64,000 bases of DNA, from positions 3,284,864-3,348,863 of the forward strand of contig NW_019091360.1 of the NCBI RefSeq assembly GCF_001949145.1. The letters run 5' to 3'. Under the pieces are notes generated by a model. The model saw only the letters and a list, made by a program, of their open reading frames with translations, was not told the DNA's origin and did not search any database. How positions within the stretch are numbered: the stretch's first letter is position 1; the number at the start of each line of letters is the position of its first letter. A program made the position numbers and the translations under genes. Below, one piece after another: positions 42,301 through 54,300 of this stretch. Origin of the DNA: Acanthaster planci. Taxonomy: Eukaryota.

Positions 42301-45300
42301 GCCAGATTGTGTTTACACAAACTCTTGTTTAACAGGTATTCAAGAGTAGATCTCTACGCAGGATGACAGACCTGTTCGGACTTGTGTGCTGAAAGATGCC
42401 AGGGGATCCCCTCCAGAGGTGAGCGGAGTGACGGCGATTCGGTAGACGGTAGCTGGATCCAGGTTGTCCAATGTGAACTCCTGGTTGACAATATCCTCAA
42501 TGCGCTGCTCAGTGCCTGTTGAGACCAGTGTCCTGACAATACGGTAGGTTGCTGCGGCGTTATTACCCAGCCAGATGAACGTCACGTTGCGGTCAGTCAA
42601 CGAACGGATCAAAATGGTGTTGGGAGGAATGGAAGCTGTCCAAACAAAACAGCAAAACATGCAGCATTCATGTGTCTCTAAAGTTATTTTCTAATCATCA
42701 CTTCAGTTCTCGCAGTCTAAGTAGACATTTCAGGCCCTGCTATATTCCTCTTGATCCCCAGTTAGTTTCTTTCAAATAACCTTTTACGGCTGGAAAAAAA
42801 TCCATCAGGTCTTCCAGAACGTAACTTGACTTTTGAGTAAAAAGGATTTTAAAAGGCACAAATTTCATGCTAACGAGGGAGGGTGTAAAGAGCCCTTTCT
42901 TACCCAAGGGTATATCAAAACACAACAAACACAACACACATTAGAACGAATGCAATACATAAAGATGTAATATCCTCAAACTCTTTTCACAATAAATTTC
43001 AGGTATGCACCTGCCTTGGTTCTACTTACTTGTCATTCCTGATGCAGTCGCTGGTTCACTGAACTCCAGATTACTGCCGGCACCAGCGGACGCAAACACC
43101 CGGATATCGTAGCTGGTGAGTGGGTCTAGGCCAGAGATGAGGAACGACCGGGCATCTGGGTTGACCCTGCCTGCCTGCTCCTCCTGTCTGGAGCCCTGCC
43201 TCTCGTAGGTGATGACGTAGGAGGAGGTGGCATCGCCCGCCTCCCATGTGATGGGCAGAGCCACTGGAGTGACGCCTGAGAGGCTGACCGTCAAACTGCT
43301 CGGAGGGTTGGGTTCTGGAGAGGGCAAATCATCATTATCTTGATTACTGGTTATTAAGCTGAAGGTGAATCCACTGACAACTTCATCTTTTTTTTTGTCA
43401 TTTTCTCAAGAAAGCCAAACAAGCTTCGTTCTCAGCAGCTCTCACGATGTCCTGCAATTAAATTCAGTGCAGCAAATTTTCCTTCTGATTTGATTACGAT
43501 GCTTCTCACTCATTAGTAATTAATTGTAATATGGCCGTTTCACAATAGTGCGCCACCAAGAGTTTGCAGCACGTTGGCCAATCACAATGCACGAAATTTG
43601 TCGGCCCAACACACCTTTGGAAAGGGTCGACAAATTTTGCACTTTATGATTGGCCAACGTGTTGCAAACTCTTGGTGGCGCACTACTGTGAATCACCCGT
43701 ATTAATTTGCTGCCTTGAAAATTAGCCGCTGAATTAACTGTAGAAAGGGCTAAATTTAAATTGAATTTGGGTTTGAACATAACCCCTGTTTGTAGATATA
43801 ATTAACAAATTTCTACTTGGATAACATCAAATCTTTTGCCATGCTCTAATCAGGTAATCTGGGGCTATGGCTTTGTCGTTTTATCATTGCCATGCTACAG
43901 TGATAAGCCACAGACAAAAAGACAATGCCTTCTGAATATGTGACAAGGCTACATATGCCTACCACCGACGTTCTGATCCCACAATTGCCAGCTTTGCACA
44001 GAATCCAACATTTAGCTGCGTTGTAGCCAAGGTATTTCTTTTACAAGTTATAAGTCGTTTCAAACCCAAGTCATTTTTTTCAGCACATCTGATTTCACCA
44101 AGAGGATGTCATGGACAGGCCATTTTTCAAGTTAACGAGGGCGACAAAAGCATGGCCACCTTTTGACAACTTGCATTTGAGTATAGGTCATCTGACAATT
44201 TGGGGAAACGTTCGAAAAACATTTCGTGCAACGGAGAGAAGAAAGGTTTCATTAAAACTGCTTCTCAAAATATACTTACAAATCTTCTTCCCCCAACAAA
44301 CAAAAATTGCAAATAATTCATGTGTCCCTGTGTGCAGCTGGTGTATAGAAGTTGTTAACTATTTCTAAAGATGCACGGCCAAAAATGGCCTTTCCATGGC
44401 AATATCTTGGTGGCATTCTGTTCTCTGAATAACCCTCACTGACACAGCACTCGGATTTTTCTAACATACTTTACTGATGGCGTAACCCATGACTACCAGA
44501 AAAACAGGTTTGACCTAACGTTTTCTATCATATGATGCTGATATTTGTAAGATAAGACATTGGCGTAACAAAAAAAGACAGGTGTGCTTCGGAAGGTACA
44601 AAGTCATAGAGTTTTCTTCTACACATATTAAAAGAAGTTGATAAGGTCAACAAGTCAAATTTGTTCAAGTCACATAGATTACATCATTTTCTTCCGAGTC
44701 CAGCCAGCTCTCGAGTCATTTTGTGTTTCAGCCAAGTCTCAGGTAAGACAAATTGTGACCCGAGTCTGACTCAGGTCCAATTCTGCACTTCAGGTTAACA
44801 ATTCTGTCATAAATTTGGGCCGACTCACTGGTTCTCTGTTCAGTAGTGTACTGGGTGTCATTATCTCCATCAACGGTAACCTTGATCTCGTATAGCTGTC
44901 CTGGCTGAAGGTTGGTAAATGATGCTTGGCGAGAGTTGCCATCGACAGTCTTCGACACACCACTGGTGGACGGACTAATGGTTACATCGTAACCCCGGAA
45001 GTTGGTCACCAGTGAAGACCCATCTCCCCAGTATACCTCAACTGTAGTGTTGGAATACCGTCTGACAACGATCTCCTGTGCACCAGCTTCCACTATGTGA
45101 CAAAGTAGACAAAAAGACATACCCCCAATGAGATATTTGGGACTGTGGGTTTCTAGACGATGACCATTCAAAACCAGGAGCGAGCAAGGGTAGAAATGGT
45201 TATCATTTATTTCTTTATTCAAACTGAAATGTTGGCATTGGGTTGTGTCTTGTCCAGCAGCTTCAACAGGTTGGAGTAAAGAGAGCAAGGACAGTGATAC

Positions 45301-48300
45301 CATAGAGGCATGTCTTGTAGACCAACAGTCCTACTTCACTTACAGGTGGTGAATGAGATTACTACAGGCTCTGCCTCCATTCCACCGATGAATGTGGTGA
45401 TGGTGATGGCGTAGGCCTTGCCAGGCTCTAGACCATCAATTCTATATTGTGTTGGCTGTCCCCGGAGTATTGTTGTGGTGGACGGTGTCAGGCCATCGGC
45501 CGGGGAGTAGTTGACAGAGAAACCATCAAAGTTCCCCTCCGGCTCGGCCCAGGAGATGTTGGCAGAGATCTGAGTGACCTCTTCGAGGATGACATTGGGC
45601 TGGCTGGGAGCTGTGAAGAGGAAGGACATTACAATGCATGAGACAGGTTGTTTTTTCATTTTCCACTTTCACTCACAAACTGATGGTTAACAGCGATTGA
45701 TTCGTGATGAAGCTGAGTGCTAATTTTAACAGGCATGCCAACAGGCACAGGTGTCATTCCAACCGTAGCAGACATTGTAAAGTATCGTTCAATTTAAAAA
45801 ATAAGAAAATCAGCTATACGAGGAAATGTTGATCGAGTTAGCTGAGTTCTAGTGCATTTATGATAAAATTTCAATTTACAAAAGCTTACCATCCAATTAC
45901 CATGCAAAGCAATGGAGCTATGGAGCTACTGTGTGATGTAATTCAAACATCCTTTACCGGCATGTGCTCTGTGCAAGTTTGTGGAATGGCAGTAAACCTT
46001 TATTCTCAACTGTACTCGGCCCCTGAGTTTGAAGAATGATACTGTACCTCTGATCAAGTTTTTTAAGTTGAAGTACCTGTGGTGAAGATGAGAGTTCGTT
46101 GCTGGCCAGGCAACTGTGGCGACTCCAATACCAGGCTATATGATGTTCCAGGTATCAGACTGTCAATTCTGCGTCGCCCGACTGCTTCCCCATCGATATT
46201 GGTGAGACGCTCTTGGTTGCCTTGAGAAAGTCTAAGGCGGTAGGTGGTGACATCTGTAGTGGTGACTTTGCCAAACTCCACATCGATGAAGGTGTCCGAC
46301 AGTTGGGTGTAGATAAACTCCAGAGGTATCAAAGAGCCTATGATACCAGGACAAGAAAGAAATTGGTTGATGATACCAGGAAAACAAAGAAACTGGTTCA
46401 TATGCGGCAGACACTGAACTCATTCAAAATAAGAGACTGAATACATCCCTTGACTTCATAATTAATGTGTGCACCTGTCTTCTCCAGGAGTAAGACTTTT
46501 TCACTCCGGGATTCACAGTTGTTGGCATCTCCAGACACCGTCTGCAGTGAGATTTCATAGGATGTGTCAGGCTTGAGGTTGTTGATGATATAATTTCTGA
46601 CAGCTGGCCCACTGGTGACGGTTACAGGTGGACGATTCCCACGATGGCTTGCCGGGAACCAGTTAATCAGGTAGGATTGGAAAGAGGAGATGTCAGTGGG
46701 CACAATCCATGTGATAACGATGGAGGTTGCTGTGACCAGCTGGGTATCGATGAAGGCAGGACTCAGGGGGGCTGAGGGTCGAATCGAATGAGCGTATTAA
46801 AGACAAAGCCAAAATTTTCTGGCTGACAAAATGTCCTGCAAGACCAATGACAGCTCAGTCTCGTGAAAACCTTGTAAAAAAATCTCAGTAATCAACTGGA
46901 AATGGTGCAACATGGTGCAGAGAGATTTATCTGATATTGCTTTCATCACATCTCAAGTGTCGGAGCAATGCTTAACCACTTGATGCCAGGGAGCCCAGTT
47001 TCGGAGACGTTGGCTTTACATGCATAGCCGGAGTCCCGAAATTGGACAAAGGGAACTGGGCCTTGTAACAAAAGACTGTACTCAGAACAAAGGACTGAGC
47101 TGCTGGGAATTGCCAACATTTTTTCAGCTGTCAGTAGCAGAGGAAATCTGTCATTGTTTTGAATGATTATACCACTGTTTGTGGTATTCGGCGCAAGCAG
47201 ATTACCACCGGGGACAAAAGTGCTCCAGGGGTGAGCAATACAATACCACTGCACAGTCCGCATTTGAAAAGATGCCAGCAGCGCACTGGGCCAGTTTTGG
47301 GGAACAAAAGAAAATTATGTAACACTGCACAATCTGGGCTCTTTTTACACGGCAACAGGCCTGGCTGAAATAGCCGGGCGTCAATAGATGTTGTCTGTCA
47401 GATTAGAGTAGCCACAAGACAGTCATTCGTGTGGGTGTAAACATCCAGCAAATGAAGAAATGAATTTTTGAAGAATTTAAAAATGGAAAATCTGGGAAAA
47501 TCCCCCAGGTATACCTCACACAACTTCAAATCAAACCTGGCAGCATGTGGTTGAATATCTCTTCTGTAGCAAGCATCTGAGGAAAGCATAGCTAGACTAA
47601 TTAGATTCAGAACAGGTGATCTATGACCTTCAAAGAAGACAGGATACCAGACTGTCCTACCTGTTCTAACCATGACGGTCTGTTGCTGCGAATTCACAAC
47701 TCCCTCAACATCTAAGGTAATTGTGTGGACAACACCAGGTGGGAGCCCAGTGAAGGTGTACTCATTACCAGTCACAGTTATGTCACGCTGATTTGCTGAT
47801 GTTGCATCTGTCACTGACAGCTGTGGATAAATGGACACACATTTGTACAAATATGTCTGATGTCAGAAAACGTCATGATGAAAATGTACAGCTTCATCCT
47901 GGAACTGCCTCACCGATGCTTGACCAATGGTACATGCATCGTGTCAGCTAATGGAAAAACTAACTTCCCTTTGATAGTTGTTCAGAATAGCTGACTCGAA
48001 TGGTGCAATAATGAAGACTGCATCATTGAAATGTGATCCTAGATGTGCAGACGTCATAAGCATTACAGATACCGTGTTTGACACACAGTCTAATGTGATG
48101 GTTTGAGCCCATAGGGTACTTCAAGAAAATTGTGAAAGAATCAGACTTATGCTTTGTGACTATACAGAATCCTTGCATTTTTTGGAGTTTCAAAATGAGG
48201 GTAATATATGCCTGTTGGCTTGCGCTGCGGGGATAATAAGTGAAAGATGACTTGCTTTATGAGTTCTCTTGGAATGGCAAATATGGCGAATGTTTCTGAA

Positions 48301-51300
48301 TGTCAAGGGCCCGCTGCTTGTGCATGCAACCAGGATTTGATAGTGGGGGGGGGGGAAACAGCTTGCCAGAGATGGGAGAAGGTGAGCCTGTTCTATGCCA
48401 GGACCAATGGGAATGACAGCATCAGATTGGTATTGTAATTCTATGGCCAAATGTCAATCAAGGACAAGTGAAGGGATAGCCTACTCGGTATCTGGTTGTT
48501 GAATCGGCAGCTGGTGTCCAGTAAATGGTGATGGTGGACGTTGTTGACCTATGGTTGATGATTTCCCCGACAAAACTGTTCCCTGTGATGTTAAAAAGTC
48601 CATGTTAGACACTATCAGAAGTGGGTGATTGTGGGAAGTGTTGTTGAGAATTCTGTTTACTGAAAGGTATAAATCCAACCTGCAATATTGACTTTTGTTT
48701 CTGAGCGCTCGGGAGAAAAATTCCTGAGACGTTGGCTTAAGTGGGAATGGAACCCAAAGACCTCCTAATGCTAATGCAGATGTATAACCACTCAACCGAT
48801 GAATTTTCAGAGGTGAGCTGATTTGTTAACATCAAAAACAAATGACAAGTATGCAAAGGAGTGCTAAGATATCCAACAAGTTGAAACATCACCCTCGCAT
48901 AACTCGCATAACTACCTGTAGTGGCGTTGGCAATCGCAGGCTCACTGAGGAAGACGTGAGTTGCTGTGCCCGTGGTGGTGGACACTGCCAGGTCGTAGGT
49001 AGTTTGGGCGGTAATGTAAAAGGTTGCCCGTCTCCTCTCGTACCGCCCCTTGCGGATCATCTGACTTTCGGAGCCGTCTCGCGGGGTAGCGGTAATGAGA
49101 TAGCCTTGAAAGTCACCAGGTTCATTTGGTGGCTCCCAGCTGATTATAATGTGGACGCTGATGACTTCCTCCACAGTCAGTGAGGCAGGGGGAGGTGGGA
49201 CTAACGCAAGAAAAATGGTCACTTTTTTTTTTCAAGGTGGTAAAGTTCGGTGTTTTGCAAACAACAATGGCACAGTCACTTCACAAACTTTGTCGCAGCT
49301 TCAGAGGCAGTTTGGATGACTACAAAGTGGTGTTCAAACTCACGTTATTGGAAAACCTACTTAAGAGACAATTTCCACAGCAAGTGGTAAAGGATAATTT
49401 ACAAGGTTAAAAAGAATGTCCAACACAGTGATGTACATGTACCGTGGAGCAGTTTCCAGTATTAAGGGCAAACAAACGACATAATGGAATGATGAACCAC
49501 AACGCTTTTAGAAACCTGAAAGATTTTTCAAAGAAACGACACTGAGGCTGCACACTTTGGAAGACCAGGGGTTTTGAAACGTCAGATGTCACAATATGTC
49601 TTGCATGGTTGTGCACATCATATGTCCTCACCCTACCTTCAATTCCTCAGGGGGGGGGTCAGTGTGGAGAGTCGGTAACTGACATACTGAGTACTGGTTC
49701 AATCCTGTGTGTACATTAAAATATCGTGCTGCAAACCACTTTCTGTTCCTGCATTTAATTCCCGTTCTTCCAAGTAAAAGAGTTTCCCACAAATTCTTAC
49801 CTGTCCAGGCAGTGAGCGAGCCAATGGACAAGATGGTGGATGAGATGTTAGCGTCCACACGGATGTCGTATCTGAAACCGGCTTTGAGATTCTCCAGAGC
49901 AAGTGACAGGAAACCTTCAACAATGCTTGGAGACTGCTGGTTTCCATCCTCTGGGGAGAAGACAACGGCGTAGGAGTCTGCATTCTGCACAGCGTCCCAC
50001 GCTAACATCAGGGTGTTCTGAGATCGAGAGACTAGACGCAGTGCTGACGTCACTGTTATGAGAAGGGCGATAGGAGAAACATTACAGTGTGGGCAATGTT
50101 TAATAAATAATACAATGATTGGAGAATTTGACAGTGGTTTCTGTAGGATGGACACTGACAATGTGTGGATATTCATAAGAGAAATGTGGAAGTACTCTTT
50201 CCTGGATTCCAAGTACCACTTCACACAACCAAAGCCAACACCTGACCTGAAATGGTACTTGTGTCACAAACGGTTTGAGTGTTACTGGTCCTTACATGTT
50301 TCACTGATATTTTTAACAAGTGACACACTTAAACTTGAAAACCTATGATGGCGCCGTGCTCTCACTTGTAATGGTATTTAGACCCTACGAGGCCTCACTT
50401 TGCAAAAAGCCAATAAACAGCATGATGGACAATTACATGTACATCACTGCTATTTGTAACATAGGAAAACTAGAGCAAAGTACGCACAAGACTGAAAGGT
50501 AAACACTGATAAAAAAAAAAAACTTTGCGCGACGACAAAATTCAGCACAGGGCATTAAATACTTCAATAGTCTGTTCAAAATCCAATACTCTCAACCTCG
50601 TCTACCATTACACATTATATCAATTTGTGAAAGGTACCAATTCCTATGATCGATGTTTATCATAGTGCTCAAAATTCAGTCCCATCTCAGAAACTTCTGT
50701 CCAGAACAAAAAAAGGCAATGATCAGGCAGACACTTCCAAACTTGAAAGATCTAATTTTAATCTGAGATGCAGCAAAACGTGTCAGTGGCTGTAACCTGC
50801 CGAGAAAAATTTTCAGACATGTTGAGGAGTTGTCCTATCACATTATTCTAGCTCTTAGTCTGCTGTTGGGTTTTAGTTGCCGTTTTAGGAAGTGAGCCCT
50901 TTCCACTGTCAATCTTTCACTGATCTGAATTTAATCCTCAGACTTTAGGACAAACTTTTCTCCAACTTACCAGTTTGTGCTGTCCGGCTCACTGACTCTC
51001 TGCTTCGGAAGACACCGTCCGATTGCTTGACAACCGATGTGACAGACATGAAGTAGTCTGTGTCTGGCTCCAGGTACTCAAAGGTGAATGTGTTTGGGTC
51101 AGCAGCCGCCACTGTACCTGCCAGCACAGGAACGGTCTCTGTGGTCTTCCGTATACTGAGCTCATACAGGCTGACGAAACCAGAAGCACTGGTCCATGTG
51201 ACAGTGATAGAACGTGGAGCGCTTGTCATCACGTCCAATGAAGCTGGCACATCCACCACTGGTTGAAAACAGGAAAAATTGAAAAAGAGTTGTTTTTTTT

Positions 51301-54300
51301 TCCTTTTCTTAATTCTAAACTGCCCTTTTCATTTCGTCTTTTACGAGTTAAATTTAAATATCATCTGCTATAGTGAGTTCTGTAAATTCACATGAACATA
51401 GCAATTTGAATTCTCCGTACTAAAGACACTGTTGCTATACCTCGTGATTCGGGGCAAGGTTTTGCTTAGTTACATCAGAGACGTCTTGCACCAATAAACT
51501 GTTTCAATTAATAAGAAGGGCACAAAGGAACCAGGCCATTCCAGAGACGATGCTTGCTAAGCAAAAGCTTGCCTCAAATCACAAGGAACATTAACAGCAA
51601 GTGTCTTTAGTCTGAGGAATTCAAATTGTTATGTTTATGTGCAATCAGATGACTCAGTGTACCAGACTTCATTCAATCTAACTCACACAAGGCTTATTGC
51701 TAAATGTAGTTCAAGATTTTGTAGGTTGTTATTAACTCTCTTTTTACTTGATTTTTCTGATCATTTTAACTTTTCCAAAAGTGACCACTTAGGTTTTGCT
51801 ATTCTTTTGAGTATTATTCTTATTTTGGAACGTGTTATTGCGTGTAATTGTTAGCCTCTGAGTATCTCTTGGGTAACTTTGGAGCTTTTTAGATTATCAT
51901 TTTATTTATTATTTTTAAACCAAACAAGCAGATAATCATATGCTGCACCTTTACTGAGTTTTTAAAACCTCGTAACTATTTTAATTTGTCAATGAAACAA
52001 TTCTTTAGGCAATGATACCAAAGAACAGGGGAAAAATGTGAGAACAGAATTACAAAGAAATGAAAGCTCTTAACAAAAGCCAGGCTTACAAGTTCTTATC
52101 TGAGCCATCGTAGTGACTTGCGGGATTCTATTTGGGGTTGTTAGAGTGATGTCGTAAAAAGAGCCAGGCTCCAAGCCAGTGAACTGGTGATAACGCTCCA
52201 CCGGTGTCAAGGTTACCGGTCTAGTTAAAGATCCCCGTCTAAGAGTCAGCCTGTATTCTGAAGAGGACTCCACGGCTCCAAATTTGACTGCGATGGAGGT
52301 TTTTTCCACAAGATGAGGGTAAATACGGCCTTGCTCACCAGCATCTGAGACAAAATGCAACAACAACCATTTCTCAAATATACTCTGGAGGGTTGAAAAG
52401 GTCACAGGCAAAGAAATCTCAGAAAGTACAGACACTGTTCAACATCTATTTAAAAAATGTAAGATGTAAGATACTCACACATTTGCTATCCCAAAGAATT
52501 GAGAACATTGTTTCAGTTATTTTGTTTGAGTTTTGCATTAAAAAGAGCAAGCTGAGCTCTTTGTTCTAAGGGACCACTCAGTGTTAGGCATCCTGGTCCA
52601 AATGCGCTCTACGTTGCTGAAAAATGAAGAGGGTTCCTCTTACTATTTAACCTCAACCATGTCAACTCTAATGAGTTTCTGGTGAATCATGACTCATTCT
52701 GTTAGGATGGGTTACATTTGTACATTAACATATTGACATTGCCTTTATGTGAGTTCTCTAAGTTCCCTTCCTCTCATCTTCATGAAAGGCAAAATACAAC
52801 AAGGAAGCAAAGGTCCAAAAGCTCTAAGGTCATGTCCAAAACAGGACTTCCAGAGCTACGGCTAGGTCTAGTGTCTGCACATCTCCATGTATTTCAAATA
52901 GAACAAAGACGTAAACCTAGCTCTAGACAACAGATTCCGATGCAGCCTAAGCCTGTTTTATGGACCTAGGTAATATTTGCGTCACTTGCATCCGAACAGA
53001 CTGACTCTAAACAAGAAAAACTGAACGGAAGACAAGCTACGTTTGGTAAATATTCCACTGGCCCTTGATAACTTTGACGTAATTCAACTGTGGGTTGTTT
53101 ACAAAAGAATCTTCTTGAATCAGAGCAAAATGAATAATTATAAACCTTCAGTGGTATCATATTATAGTACAATTTTAAATTAAAAAATGCTGCAACAGAG
53201 ACATTGGTGATTGAATGGTAAAGATTATGGGTGGCTGGTGAATATTTCAAATATGTACAAATTTGATTAAATCAAGGGGAGCCTTGGTATCTCATGGTAT
53301 TCAAAAGAAGAGGGAGATGATGTGTTTGTGAAACATGCAGCCAAAAAAAAAACTGAAGCCACTAACTTGTGCTTCCTGTGCTAGTGACGGTAGCGCTGCG
53401 AAGATCTCCGCTTATGGTGGTCACTTCGATCCTGTAACTCAGACCTGGCGTCAAGCCATCTAGTACAAATCTTTGGCCACTCTGGACGACCGGAGAGGCC
53501 TTGTAGCCATCACCAGGTGAGTAGACGAGTTCGATGTTATCATAATCGCTACCCTGCGTATCAACGACCACAACTAGCTCCGTCTCTGGAGGGAAGCCAC
53601 TAGTGACGCTGACGATGCTGGGCCTTGCAGGAACTGAAAGACGATAGGTACGGCAAAGTCAGAGTGACACTTTTAACCTAACATGAGTTTTGGTTCCAAC
53701 ATTATTTGACACTGCTTGTAGACAACAAAACAAAGTCAAAAATGGGGCAAAGGTTAAAATTGGATAAGGGCTACAAAACCGAATAAATTTTCAAAGAGCA
53801 TGTCATAGTTTTTGTAAAGTCTACCAATGCCACCATCACCAAAACAAAAGTCAAGCATATTTTGCCTTTCCACATCCTTGGCAAGTATATGCAAGCTCAG
53901 ACACGTTTCCTTTCTTTGAGAGAATACCGACCCATGTGACCCATGTGACAGACAACACAAAGCTAATACAGCAGGCAAAACTCAACAATGTGTATTTTGT
54001 CACTGTGTCTACGGGATCACCTTTGAATGGCAATTGAGCAAAGACAGGTTCATTTTGTTGGTCAAGTACTACTCAATACAATCACCAGTTTGAGAGCAAG
54101 TACTACTCAATACACTCACCAGTCTGAGAGCAAGTACTACTCAATCATGTCAATACACTCACCAGTCTGAGAGCAAGTACTACTCAATACACTCACCAGT
54201 CTGAGAGCAAGTACTACTCAATACACTCTCCAGTCTGAGAGCAAGTATTTCTGAATACACTCACCAGTCTGAGAACAAGTACTACTCAATACACTCACCA

